Of a stretch of 64,000 bases of DNA, positions 29,495 to 39,008 are shown one piece after another (the first letter of the stretch is position 1; each line of letters starts with the position of its first letter). A program made the position numbers and the translations under genes. Under the pieces are notes generated by a model that was given only the letters and a program-made list of their open reading frames with translations, did no database searches and was not told the DNA's origin. Source of the stretch: Solobacterium sp. (GTDB taxonomy: Bacteria; Bacillota_I; Bacilli_A; Erysipelotrichales; Erysipelotrichaceae). The stretch lies in assembly GCA_017432325.1 (NCBI GenBank), contig JAFRJJ010000072.1:2117-66116 (forward strand), written 5' to 3'.

Positions 29495-29926
29495 ATGCAG
29501 GGTGGATTTTTGATCACAAAAGTGAAGCAGCTGAGTGACCGCATCTTTGAGAAAGTGCTCAGCGAAAGAAATATTGACGCATTCAACGGCGCGCAGGGAC
29601 GTATCCTGTATGTACTCTGGCAGGAAGACGGTGTTCCGATCAAAACGATATCGGATCAATGCGGTCTGGCTATTACATCTTTGACGACCATGCTGGAGCG
29701 CATGGAGAAACAAGGATTGATCACACGCATCCAGGATCCCTCAGACAAGCGAAAGACACTGCTCTATCTGACAGATAAGGCCCGTTCGTTGAAGAATGAT
29801 TATGATGAGGTCTCCGGACAGATGGGAGACATCTACTACAGAGGATTCTCTGAAGAAGAGATCAGGCAGTTTGAAGGATATCTTGACCGTGTCAGAAACA
29901 ATCTCGAGGAATGGATGGAAAAGTGA
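29495..29926 (+). CDS. MarR family regulator (resembles the 'radical SAM mobile pair' system MarR)
   Basis: AQGRILYVLW, TSLTTMLERME..GLITR..D..DKRK; RBS AGGAG before ATG 29495. Confidence 0.88.
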   Translation: MQGGFLITKVKQLSDRIFEKVLSERNIDAFNGAQGRILYVLWQEDGVPIKTISDQCGLAITSLTTMLERMEKQGLITRIQDPSDKRKTLLYLTDKARSLKNDYDEVSGQMGDIYYRGFSEEEIRQFEGYLDRVRNNLEEWMEK

Positions 29927-29950
29927 CTTATTGGAGAAAAACGGAAGAAT

Positions 29951-30847
29951 ATGAATGACATTAAAATCGGTGAAGTTGAAACAAAGAATATCATGACAAA
30001 GTCAAGTCTCCCTGTTGGGGGATACTCGGTCAATCCTTATGTGGGTTGTACGCATGCATGCAAATACTGCTATGCGTCATTTATGAAACGGTTTACCGGG
30101 CATACGGAAGACTGGGGAACATTTCTGGATATCAAGCACTGGCCGAAGATTCAGAACCCAAAGAAGTATGCAGGACAGCGCGTTGTCATCGGTTCGGTAA
30201 CAGACGGATACAACCCGCAGGAGGAGTTTTACGGCAATACAAGAAAACTGCTGGAACAGCTGAGAAACAGCGGGGCTGATATCCTGATCTGCACCAAGTC
30301 AGATCTGGTGATAAGGGATATCAATCTGCTGAAAGAACTGGGACAGGTAACAGTATCATGGTCGATCAATACGCTGGATGAAGCGTTTAAAAATGATATG
30401 GACAACGCTGTCAGCATTGAGAGAAGGCTCAATGCCATGAAACAGGTATATGATGCAGGGATCCGTACCGTATGTTTTGTTTCACCTGTATTTCCCGGCA
30501 TTACCGACTTTGAAGCGATCTTTGAGCGTGTCAAAGACCAGTGCGATCTGTTCTGGCTGGAGAATCTGAACCTGAGGGGCGGATTCAAAAAGACCATCAT
30601 GGATTATATTGCGGAAAGGTATCCTGACCTTGTGCCGCTGTATGACCGGATCTACAACAAACATGACCGCAGTTACTTTGAGGAACAGGAAATAAAGGCA
30701 AAGAACATGGCAGAAGCGTATGACTGCCCGTTCGTGGACAATGAAATGCCGTATGGAAGAGTGCCTCAGGGGCATCCGGTGATCGTAGACTACTTCTACC
30801 ATGAAGAGATCAGGGGATCGGATAATACCGGCAAACGGAATAAATGA
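29951..30847 (+). CDS. Radical SAM protein, SPL-like (resembles 'radical SAM mobile pair protein B')
   Basis: NPYVGCTHACKYCY (CxxxCxxC), GSVTDGY, TKSDL. Confidence 0.85.
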   Translation: MNDIKIGEVETKNIMTKSSLPVGGYSVNPYVGCTHACKYCYASFMKRFTGHTEDWGTFLDIKHWPKIQNPKKYAGQRVVIGSVTDGYNPQEEFYGNTRKLLEQLRNSGADILICTKSDLVIRDINLLKELGQVTVSWSINTLDEAFKNDMDNAVSIERRLNAMKQVYDAGIRTVCFVSPVFPGITDFEAIFERVKDQCDLFWLENLNLRGGFKKTIMDYIAERYPDLVPLYDRIYNKHDRSYFEEQEIKAKNMAEAYDCPFVDNEMPYGRVPQGHPVIVDYFYHEEIRGSDNTGKRNK

Positions 30848-30936
30848 TATAAGATGTGTGTGTAAATGTCGCCTGACAGGAGACCGCACATTCTTTTATT
30901 ATCGGTATACTGTGGTCAGAAAGAGAGGTAGAAAAT

Positions 30937-31743
30937 ATGTACGGAGCAATTTTAGGAGATATGATCGGAGCGCCTTATGAGTTTGACAGAGGCAGCAAGT
31001 CCAAACAGTTCCCGCTGTTCTGCAGGGAATCGGAATTTACGGATGATACCGTCATGACGATCGCAGTGGCTGAGGCATTGATGAACAGCCTGGGTAAAAC
31101 AGATGAAGTGATCAGAAAAGATCTGGTCAGGTCCATGCAGAAATGGGGTGCCCGATATCCGCATGCAGGATACGGGGCAAGCTTCATCTGGTGGCTGCGG
31201 GACGATAACCCCGAGCCTTACGGAAGTTACGGGAATGGTTCAGCTATGAGAGTGTCTTCTGTTGGCTGGCTGTATGATACACTGGAAGAAACAAGACATG
31301 CGGCAAAGCTGTCAGCAGAAGTGACACACAATCATCCGGAAGGTATCAAAGGCGCGGAAGCGATCGCCAGCGCGATCTTCCTGGCAAGAACCGGAACAAA
31401 GAAAGCAGAGATCAAAGAATACATTATCAGCGAGTTCGGCTATGATCTCTCACGTACATGCGATGAGATCCGCCCCGGATACAGGCATGATGAAAGCTGC
31501 CAGAAGACAGTGCCTGAGGCAGTGACCGCGTTCATGGAAGGAACGGACTTTGAAGATGTCATCCGCACTGCGGTTTCCCTGGGCGGGGACTGTGACACGC
31601 TCACTGACATCGCTGCAGCCATGGCAGAAGCATATTACGGTGTTCCCGAAACACTGATCACGGAATGCAGAAACCGTCTTCCGAAGGATATGCTGGATGT
31701 TATTGACCGCTTTGAAACATTCAGAAAGCAGAGCAGCAGATAA
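30937..31743 (+). CDS. ADP-ribosylglycohydrolase family protein
   Basis: GDMIG, TDDT, GNGSAMR, GGDCDT. Confidence 0.9.
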   Translation: MYGAILGDMIGAPYEFDRGSKSKQFPLFCRESEFTDDTVMTIAVAEALMNSLGKTDEVIRKDLVRSMQKWGARYPHAGYGASFIWWLRDDNPEPYGSYGNGSAMRVSSVGWLYDTLEETRHAAKLSAEVTHNHPEGIKGAEAIASAIFLARTGTKKAEIKEYIISEFGYDLSRTCDEIRPGYRHDESCQKTVPEAVTAFMEGTDFEDVIRTAVSLGGDCDTLTDIAAAMAEAYYGVPETLITECRNRLPKDMLDVIDRFETFRKQSSR

Positions 31744-31758
31744 AGGAACAGACAGGTT

Positions 31759-32754
31759 ATGAAAAGAATACTCATGATATCGACCGGAGGCACGATCGCC
31801 TCTGTCACAGGAAACAACGGGCTGACACCGCATCTGTCATCTCATGAACTTTTGGAATGCGTGCCGGAACTGAAGGGTATCTGTGACATCGATGTCATTG
31901 AGCTGTTCAAGCTGGATTCAACGAACATCGGTCCGTACCACTGGGTAAAGATGACAGAAGCGATCAGGGACAATTACCAGGACTATGACGGCTTTGTGAT
32001 CACCCACGGTACGGACACGATGGCTTACAGTGCGGCGGCATTAAGCTATATGATACAGAACCCTGATAAACCGATCGTACTGACAGGATCCCAGAAATCC
32101 ATCTACAACCGGGATACCGACGCCAGGAACAACATGATCCGTTCATTCATTTACGCATCGGATGACCTGTCATGGGGTGTTCATATCGTTTTTGACAACA
32201 AAGTGATACTCGGTACACGCGCAAAGAAGGACCGCAGCAAGTCCTTCAACGCCTTCCGCAGCATCAACTACCCGGAAACAGCGTCCTTTATTGATTACAA
32301 GCTGGTCCACTTCATACACAGACCATCCGGTACAGAACCGGTCCGGTTCTATACAAAACTGAACCCGAATATCTTTGTGCTGAAGCTTGTCCCGGGTATG
32401 AGTGGGGATATCCTGCGGTATATCTGCGGTCATTACAAAGGACTGATCATTGAGGGATTCGGTTCCGGAGGACTTCCGAATACAGATGATTCCCTGCTTG
32501 AGGGAGTGAAACAGTTCCTTGCAGAAAACGGGATCGCGGTATTCTCGACCCAGGTGGAAAACGAAGGCAGTGATCTTTCCGTCTATGAAGTCGGCAGGAT
32601 CGCGCAGTCGCTGCCCGGTGTAGTGGAAGGAAAGGACATGACAGCAGAAGCCATCATCACAAAACTGATGTGGGCACTTGGTCAGACTGATGATGTAGAA
32701 CTATGCAAGCAGCTGTTCATGAAGCCTGTACAGTTTGACAGGCTGGTTCAGTGA
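31759..32754 (+). CDS. ansA: L-asparaginase type I
   Basis: TGGTIAS, HGTDTM, TGSQ. Confidence 0.9.
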   Translation: MKRILMISTGGTIASVTGNNGLTPHLSSHELLECVPELKGICDIDVIELFKLDSTNIGPYHWVKMTEAIRDNYQDYDGFVITHGTDTMAYSAAALSYMIQNPDKPIVLTGSQKSIYNRDTDARNNMIRSFIYASDDLSWGVHIVFDNKVILGTRAKKDRSKSFNAFRSINYPETASFIDYKLVHFIHRPSGTEPVRFYTKLNPNIFVLKLVPGMSGDILRYICGHYKGLIIEGFGSGGLPNTDDSLLEGVKQFLAENGIAVFSTQVENEGSDLSVYEVGRIAQSLPGVVEGKDMTAEAIITKLMWALGQTDDVELCKQLFMKPVQFDRLVQ

Positions 32755-32785
32755 ACCTGCCTCAGATCAGGAGAGAAATCAATAT

Positions 32786-33139
32786 ATGAATATTCTGGAT
32801 CAAAAACAGTTTTATCATCTGAAGCCATCCGATGTCAGAGAGTGGTATACACTGCATCATACTGAAAAGGATCTCGCCGATGCATATGAACTGGTTCACA
32901 GGCTGTCAGCTTATTATGAGGACTGCAGCTATGACTATGAAGAGGATACACCGGAATTCGATGAAGCGCTCAGGACCTCCCGGGAATGGGACGGCGTTAT
33001 GCTGAAGCTTGAGAATGATATCAGGGCAGCCCTCGGACTGTCTGAAGAAAATGCCTTCCTTTGTATCAATGAGCTGGAAGTGTTTATGACACGGAACGGA
33101 TATGAGGAACAGGGAGGCTGGTGGTTCAGGCCGGAGTAA
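32786..33139 (+). CDS. Hypothetical acidic protein
   Basis: RBS AGGAG upstream of ATG 32786; operon-like spacing. Confidence 0.6.
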   Translation: MNILDQKQFYHLKPSDVREWYTLHHTEKDLADAYELVHRLSAYYEDCSYDYEEDTPEFDEALRTSREWDGVMLKLENDIRAALGLSEENAFLCINELEVFMTRNGYEEQGGWWFRPE

Positions 33140-33220
33140 TATAACGGTGCCGCAAACCGGTCGGCAGGCAGGTTTTTTGTGTGGATACCACGGTATTGTT
33201 ATAACTGTGAGGCATTGATT

Positions 33221-33421
33221 ATGGGTTTGTTCGGAAAGAAAAAGAAACAGAATGTGAAACTGATCCTGCCGGAAAACGCGAAATGCAGCAGATGCGGCAG
33301 GAAGATCAGAAAAGGTATGAAATTTGACTATATTGACGGAAAGCTTTACTGTGAGAAATGCAGCCGGGCAAAACGTGACTGGGATCTTCTGGAACTGTTT
33401 GCACTGCTCGATGACGATTGA
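33221..33421 (+). CDS. Small Zn-ribbon-like protein
   Basis: CSRC...CEKC; start MGLFGKK. Confidence 0.55.
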   Translation: MGLFGKKKKQNVKLILPENAKCSRCGRKIRKGMKFDYIDGKLYCEKCSRAKRDWDLLELFALLDDD

Positions 33422-33443
33422 AATATGAATATAGGAGTTGGAT

Positions 33444-33791
33444 ATGCCCAGACAATCAATCTTTGATATGCAGTTTTCCAAAGTATTTCCAATGCTGGTT
33501 CAGAAGGCGGAACGGAAAAACAGGACGCGTGCTGAAGTGTATGAGGTTACTGAATGGCTGACAGGCTATACAGCGGAACAGATCGATGCGGCACTGGAAT
33601 CGGATATGACATACGGTGTGTTTTTCACGGAAACACCGGCTTATAACAGCCGGGCTGAACTGATCACGGGAAAGATCTGTGGTGTACAGGTGGAAACGAT
33701 CGAGGATCCCCTGATGAAACAGATCCGCCAGCTCGATAAACTGGTCGATGAGCTGGCAAAAGGAAGACCGATGGAAAAGATACTGAGATGA
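33444..33791 (+). CDS. DUF2200 family protein
   Basis: KAERKNRT, WLTGY, ITGKICGVQVE, LDKLVDELAKG. Confidence 0.85.
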   Translation: MPRQSIFDMQFSKVFPMLVQKAERKNRTRAEVYEVTEWLTGYTAEQIDAALESDMTYGVFFTETPAYNSRAELITGKICGVQVETIEDPLMKQIRQLDKLVDELAKGRPMEKILR

Positions 33792-33991
33792 AACGGAACA
33801 CATATATTTTTGTGACTGTCCTGGTCATGCTGGGAATAACACGTATGGCTGTGCGCATCATAGATGCCACGGTAGGGATCGATGATGATGTTCTGCTGCT
33901 GGCGGTGTTCCTTGCGGTCATGAATCTCATATTGGCGTGGATCAGCCGGAAACTGTACCGGATTATTGATAAAGGAGCAGAACAGAAATGA
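33788..33991 (+). CDS. Small two-TM membrane protein
   Basis: Two hydrophobic stretches; ATGA overlaps at both ends. Confidence 0.6.
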   Translation: MKRNTYIFVTVLVMLGITRMAVRIIDATVGIDDDVLLLAVFLAVMNLILAWISRKLYRIIDKGAEQK

Positions 33992-34395
33992 AATGGAAAT
34001 GTCCTAAATGCGGAAGGGAATTCAGCAGGATCGATCAGCAGCACTATTGCGGAAAACCGGAAACGATCGATGAATATATTGAATCCCAGGATGAACCTGT
34101 ACAGGAAAAACTGAGAGAAGTCCGTTCGATCATCAGATCTGCGCTTCCGGAAGCGGAAGAACGCATGTCATGGTCCATGCCTACTTATTGGAAAGGACGC
34201 AACCTGATCCATTTTGCGGCATCCAAAAAACATCTTGGAATCTATCCGGGAGGAGAAGCCACCACGGTGTTTGCGGAAGAACTGAAAGACTATGATGTCA
34301 GTAAAGGAACGATCCGACTGCCGTATAACAAAGAACTTCCGGAAGACTTAATCAGACGTATAGCTGTATGGTGCTGTGAACAGTACAGCAAGTGA
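33988..34395 (+). CDS. DUF1801 (YdhG-like) protein with N-terminal CxxC...C motif
   Basis: WKCPKCG..HYCG, MSWSMPTY, KKHLGIYP, SKGTIRLP. Confidence 0.85.
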   Translation: MKWKCPKCGREFSRIDQQHYCGKPETIDEYIESQDEPVQEKLREVRSIIRSALPEAEERMSWSMPTYWKGRNLIHFAASKKHLGIYPGGEATTVFAEELKDYDVSKGTIRLPYNKELPEDLIRRIAVWCCEQYSK

Positions 34396-34548
34396 AACGC
34401 AGATGTCATAGTGCTGCAAAGCAAATCGAAAATGATCAGACACGGCCGGAGATATCTTCCTGCCGTTTTCATTTGACCGGTCACGGGATATAATAAACAT
34501 AGTGAAGAATCACCCTAAAAATAATAAATATCGGAGGAGTTTTTTATC

Positions 34549-35622
34549 ATGACACAGCAGGATGGAAAAATGTGGGCTCTGATCAAGGAGAAGAGAGACG
34601 TCGGTCTCTGGATGAGAAGAGTCCCTATCCCGGAAGTCGGGACGAATGATGTGAAGATCAAGATCCACAGTACTGCGATCTGCGGGACCGATGTCCATAT
34701 CTACCAATGGAACCGCTGGGCACAGAATACGATCAAAACAGGCATGACGATCGGACATGAATATGTCGGTGAGATCGTTGAAGTCGGAGCAGGCGTCAGA
34801 GGATTCAAGGTCGGCGACCTGGTATCCGGTGAAGGGCATATTACATGCGGAAAGTGCCGCAACTGCCTGGAAGGACATAAGGAGAACTGCCGTAATGCGA
34901 AAGGTGTCGGTGTCAACCGCAACGGTGCGTTTGCGGAATACCTGGTGATTCCGTGGGTCAACGTATGGCCATGCAGCCCTGATATTCCCGAGGAAATGTA
35001 TGCGATCTTTGATCCGTTCGGCAATGCGACACATACGGCACTGTCATTTGATGTGCTGGGTGAAGATGTACTGATCACGGGTGCCGGACCGATCGGCTGT
35101 ATGGCAGCTGCGATCGTCCGCTTTGCCGGCGCAAGGCATGTCGTCGTGACAGACTTCAACCGCTATCGTCTGGATATGGCGAAAAAGCTCGGCGCCACGA
35201 CAGTCGTTGACCTGAATACGGAAAAACTGGAAGACGTCATGAAGGCGATCGGCATGCAGGAAGGATTCGATGTCGGTCTTGAAATGTCCGGCTCCCAGAC
35301 AGCACTGAATGACATGATCCATATCATGAAGCACGGCGGCAACATCGCTCTGCTTGGTCTGCAGGACAATGATGCTGTGGTCGACCTTGAGACAGTGATC
35401 TTCAACGGGATCAACATGAAAGGTATCTACGGCCGCAAGGTATGGGATACATGGTACAAGATGACGACGATGCTGCAGGCAGGACTTGATATTGCCCCGA
35501 TCATCACGCATCACTTTGACGCAAGGGATTATGAAAAAGGCTTTGAAGCGATGATCTCCGGCCAGTCCGGCAAGGTCATCCTGGATTGGACACATATAAA
35601 TGATGAAGGAGAAAGAGAATGA
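34549..35622 (+). CDS. tdh: L-threonine 3-dehydrogenase
   Basis: [34 protein letters not shown]. Confidence 0.96.
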   Translation: MTQQDGKMWALIKEKRDVGLWMRRVPIPEVGTNDVKIKIHSTAICGTDVHIYQWNRWAQNTIKTGMTIGHEYVGEIVEVGAGVRGFKVGDLVSGEGHITCGKCRNCLEGHKENCRNAKGVGVNRNGAFAEYLVIPWVNVWPCSPDIPEEMYAIFDPFGNATHTALSFDVLGEDVLITGAGPIGCMAAAIVRFAGARHVVVTDFNRYRLDMAKKLGATTVVDLNTEKLEDVMKAIGMQEGFDVGLEMSGSQTALNDMIHIMKHGGNIALLGLQDNDAVVDLETVIFNGINMKGIYGRKVWDTWYKMTTMLQAGLDIAPIITHHFDARDYEKGFEAMISGQSGKVILDWTHINDEGERE

Positions 35623-36821
35623 ACAAACAGGAAATACTTAAGAAATACGCTGATGATGTGAATTCGATCAGGGATGCAGGCCTTTTTAAGGGAGAGCTTC
35701 CGATCGTATCCGCGCAGGGTGCTCATGTAAAACTGGAAGACGGAAGAGAACTGCTGTGCATGTGCGCGAATAATTATCTGGGTCTCGGCGACAGCCCCAG
35801 ACTGATCGAAGCTGCCAAGAGAACATATGATGAACGCGGATATGGTGTTGCGTCTGTCCGTTTCATCTGCGGAACACAGGACATTCATAAACGTCTGGAA
35901 AAAAAGATCTCGGAATTCCTGGGGACAGATGATACGATCCTGTATTCTTCCTGCTTTGACGCAAACGGAGGATTATTCGAAACACTTCTGACAGCGGAAG
36001 ACGCTGTGATCAGCGATGAACTGAATCATGCTTCGATCATCGACGGTGTACGTCTGTGCAAGGCAAAGAGATACCGCTATAAGAACAATGACATGGAAGA
36101 CCTGGAAGAGAAGCTGAAGGCGGCAGATGCAGAAGGTGCCCGTATCAAGCTGATCGCAACAGACGGTGTCTTCTCCATGGACGGCATTATCTGCAACCTG
36201 AAGGGCATCTGTGACCTGGCTGACAAATACAACGCCCTGGTCATGGTGGATGATTCCCATGCGGTAGGATTTGTCGGAAAGAAGGGCAGAGGCACTGCCG
36301 AATACAATGGTGTTGAGGGAAGAGTCGACATCATCACCGGAACGCTCGGGAAAGCGCTTGGCGGCGCTTCCGGCGGCTATACATCCGGCCGGAAAGAGAT
36401 CATCGACCTGCTCAGGCAGAGAAGCAGACCTTACCTGTTCTCGAACTCCCTGGCACCGGCGATCGCAGGCGCTTCGATCGAACTGTTCGACATGCTGGCA
36501 GAGAGCACGGAATTAAGAGACCACCTCGAAGAGATCACGAAGGACTATCGTAAGAACCTTGTGGATGCAGGATTTGACGTGATCCCGGGCACACATCCCT
36601 GCGTACCGGTCATGCTGTATGACGAAGTCAAGACAGCTGAATTTGCCAGACGTATGGTAGAGAAAGGCGTCTATGTAGTTGCCTTCTCCTATCCTGTCGT
36701 ACCAAAGGGCAAGGCAAGGATCAGAACCCAGGTAAGTGCTGCGCATACAAAGGAAGACCTTGAATTTGCTGTGAAGTGCTTCAAGGAAGTCAGAGACGAA
36801 ATGGCGGCAGAAGGAAAATAA
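35619..36821 (+). CDS. kbl: Glycine C-acetyltransferase (2-amino-3-ketobutyrate CoA ligase)
   Basis: [35 protein letters not shown]. Confidence 0.96.
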   Translation: MNKQEILKKYADDVNSIRDAGLFKGELPIVSAQGAHVKLEDGRELLCMCANNYLGLGDSPRLIEAAKRTYDERGYGVASVRFICGTQDIHKRLEKKISEFLGTDDTILYSSCFDANGGLFETLLTAEDAVISDELNHASIIDGVRLCKAKRYRYKNNDMEDLEEKLKAADAEGARIKLIATDGVFSMDGIICNLKGICDLADKYNALVMVDDSHAVGFVGKKGRGTAEYNGVEGRVDIITGTLGKALGGASGGYTSGRKEIIDLLRQRSRPYLFSNSLAPAIAGASIELFDMLAESTELRDHLEEITKDYRKNLVDAGFDVIPGTHPCVPVMLYDEVKTAEFARRMVEKGVYVVAFSYPVVPKGKARIRTQVSAAHTKEDLEFAVKCFKEVRDEMAAEGK

Positions 36822-36846
36822 ACCCCATCATTGATATGAAACAAAT

Positions 36847-36881
36847 AAAGTGACTCAGGCATGCAGCTTGAGTCATTTTTT
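36847..36881. terminator. Bidirectional terminator
   Basis: TGACTCAGG/CTTGAGTCA plus T-run. Confidence 0.65.
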
Positions 36882-36899
36882 ACGGATATGGATCATGGA

Positions 36900-37610
36900 T
36901 TAATCGTTGAAATCTTCTTCGGCATTGAATGCTTTGCGCATGGCAGCGTAGCTTCCGAACATTGTCAGTTTATCACCGACCTGGAAAACAGTATCGGCAT
37001 TGACCGGTTCTGTTTTTCTGTTGGGATGTTCTATCAGCATTACCAGCAGGTTCAGTTCTGATTTCAGGTTGGTTTTGGACAGCGGCACACTATTATACGC
37101 GTCCGGTATCTGTCTGAGCGTGATCTGCGCGATCGAATCCTTCCCGATATAGTCCATCAGAAGGATCGTATTGCAGTCTTTCCGCTTTACAAAGCGGCCG
37201 GCAACTCCAGACAGAACTGACTCGATCCAGTTGCGCATTGAAGGTGTGCGTATGATGGCAAAGATCAGGCCGACAGAGGCCAGAGGGATCAGCAGACCGA
37301 TGAAATAATCCACAGCATGCTGTCCCTGGAATGACAGGAACAGGTTGATGAATGAGGAAACGATCGTGATATTGAACACATAGCCGAACAGCATCGTAAT
37401 GCGCGCGAGTCTTCTTCTGCTTCGTGACGAGATGAAGAACTCACTTTCCCTTGTTGTAAAGCCGCATCCCGTCAGCAATGATGTGACCTGGAACCGGGCA
37501 CGCTCCTCGGGCAGACCCATGAAGCGGAACAGTATCGTAAACAGTTCGTTGATGATCCAGTATACAAGGATGATCAGCGCGAAAAGCGAAAATGCAGCAT
37601 ATATATTCAT
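36900..37610 (-). CDS. Membrane protein with K+-channel-like pore segment and TrkA-C (RCK_C) domain
   Basis: SLLTGCGFTTRES, C-terminal GDKLTMFG; RBS GGAGG before ATG 37610. Confidence 0.8.
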   Translation of the reverse strand: MNIYAAFSLFALIILVYWIINELFTILFRFMGLPEERARFQVTSLLTGCGFTTRESEFFISSRSRRRLARITMLFGYVFNITIVSSFINLFLSFQGQHAVDYFIGLLIPLASVGLIFAIIRTPSMRNWIESVLSGVAGRFVKRKDCNTILLMDYIGKDSIAQITLRQIPDAYNSVPLSKTNLKSELNLLVMLIEHPNRKTEPVNADTVFQVGDKLTMFGSYAAMRKAFNAEEDFND

Positions 37611-37624
37611 GATAGCCTCCTGCT

Positions 37625-38854
37625 TTATTTTTTCATCATTCTGGAGCTGAGGTAAAAACGGATCAGGGCAGTACCGTCGGTGATCTCCAGACCGCAGATC
37701 TCTTTGATCCGGTCCAGACGCTTTGCCATGGTATTGCGGTGAATGAAGAGTGCGTTGGCTGTATCCGTTACCGAGCATCCGTGCTCAATGTATGATTCGA
37801 GAGTCGTTACATAATCTGTATTGTGTTCGTTATCATAGTCCAGCAGGTTTTTGTATTCCGTCTGGCATAATACCATTTTCTCTTCTTTTCTCAGAAGACC
37901 GGACAGAACATCGTAGTAGACATCCTTCAGTTCCGTGATCCTGCTTTCGCGCTTCTGCTTCCTGGCAACATCCCTGATCGCCCTGCATGATCCATAGTAA
38001 TCACGCAGCAGGATCAGGTTCCGGAACGGTTCGGAAATGTTCATGAACAGATCAAACTGCTGAACGACATTCCGCAGATGTTCATACTGTTCCGGTCTGA
38101 ACCGGTCATAGTTCAAAACAAGCAGGATCCCCTCGGGGACCTGTACCAGATGACTTCCGGGAAATACGCCTGTCAATTCTGACTTCAGATACGCGCTGTT
38201 ATCGATACCGGAGGATTTATGTGCCGGTGTGATCAATACACATTGGAAGACAGCTTTGGCAGTCCAGTATGCAGTACGCATACGGTCGTTGAGAACAGTC
38301 GGGGATGTCAGAGTACCATCCAAAAGGTCAGAAAGGATCGATTCCTGAACGGTGATGCCTCCGGGCATAATGCCCGGATCCCGTTCCAGCACAAGGGAGA
38401 GGACCTCACAGAGATAATCCGTGATCCTGAGATCTGTTTCACTGAATGGTCTGCCGGTCTGGAAGATACCGATATACGCAGCAGGGATATCGTTGATCAT
38501 GATCTTCATCAGGATACGGGGAATATCCTGTCCGACACCCCTGTCCAGGATGAACGAACTCTGTGCGTTCAGCACATCACGGGTAATGCCCTGTATCTCA
38601 AACTCGGCGATATTATCACTGCTGCAGTAGCCTGTGGTCCTGGCAGTTTCCCATACCGGGTCGTTGACCTCCATGCCCAGATCATCCATAACGATCACGC
38701 GGTACAGGCTGGTGGTCAGGATAACAGGTGCACAGTACTGTACAGCAGCCTCGTGGACGATCTCTTGCGCGCTCATGCGCTTCAGCAGGCATTCGGTCAG
38801 CCTTTCTTTCCGCTGCAGGTATTCCATACTATCGGTGTTTGATAAAGCTGTCAT
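37625..38854 (-). CDS. PucR/CdaR family transcriptional regulator
   Basis: C-terminal HTH TANALFIHRNTMAKRLDRI. Confidence 0.9.
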   Translation of the reverse strand: MTALSNTDSMEYLQRKERLTECLLKRMSAQEIVHEAAVQYCAPVILTTSLYRVIVMDDLGMEVNDPVWETARTTGYCSSDNIAEFEIQGITRDVLNAQSSFILDRGVGQDIPRILMKIMINDIPAAYIGIFQTGRPFSETDLRITDYLCEVLSLVLERDPGIMPGGITVQESILSDLLDGTLTSPTVLNDRMRTAYWTAKAVFQCVLITPAHKSSGIDNSAYLKSELTGVFPGSHLVQVPEGILLVLNYDRFRPEQYEHLRNVVQQFDLFMNISEPFRNLILLRDYYGSCRAIRDVARKQKRESRITELKDVYYDVLSGLLRKEEKMVLCQTEYKNLLDYDNEHNTDYVTTLESYIEHGCSVTDTANALFIHRNTMAKRLDRIKEICGLEITDGTALIRFYLSSRMMKK

Positions 38855-38871
38855 AAAACCCTCGCAATGCA

Positions 38872-38888
38872 GTGTGCAAAATGCACAC
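38872..38888. promoter_or_regulatory. Palindromic PucR/CdaR-type operator
   Basis: GTGTGCA-AAA-TGCACAC in the divergent intergenic region. Confidence 0.65.
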
Positions 38889-39008
38889 CTTAATTATAAC
38901 TTCTTTGGATGAATGAACACATACAATTCAACTGCCGGATTGTAAAATGAGGGCAGAAGAGTGAAATGTCCCTGTCTGAAACAGGCAGGTGATATGGAAG
39001 GAGATAAT

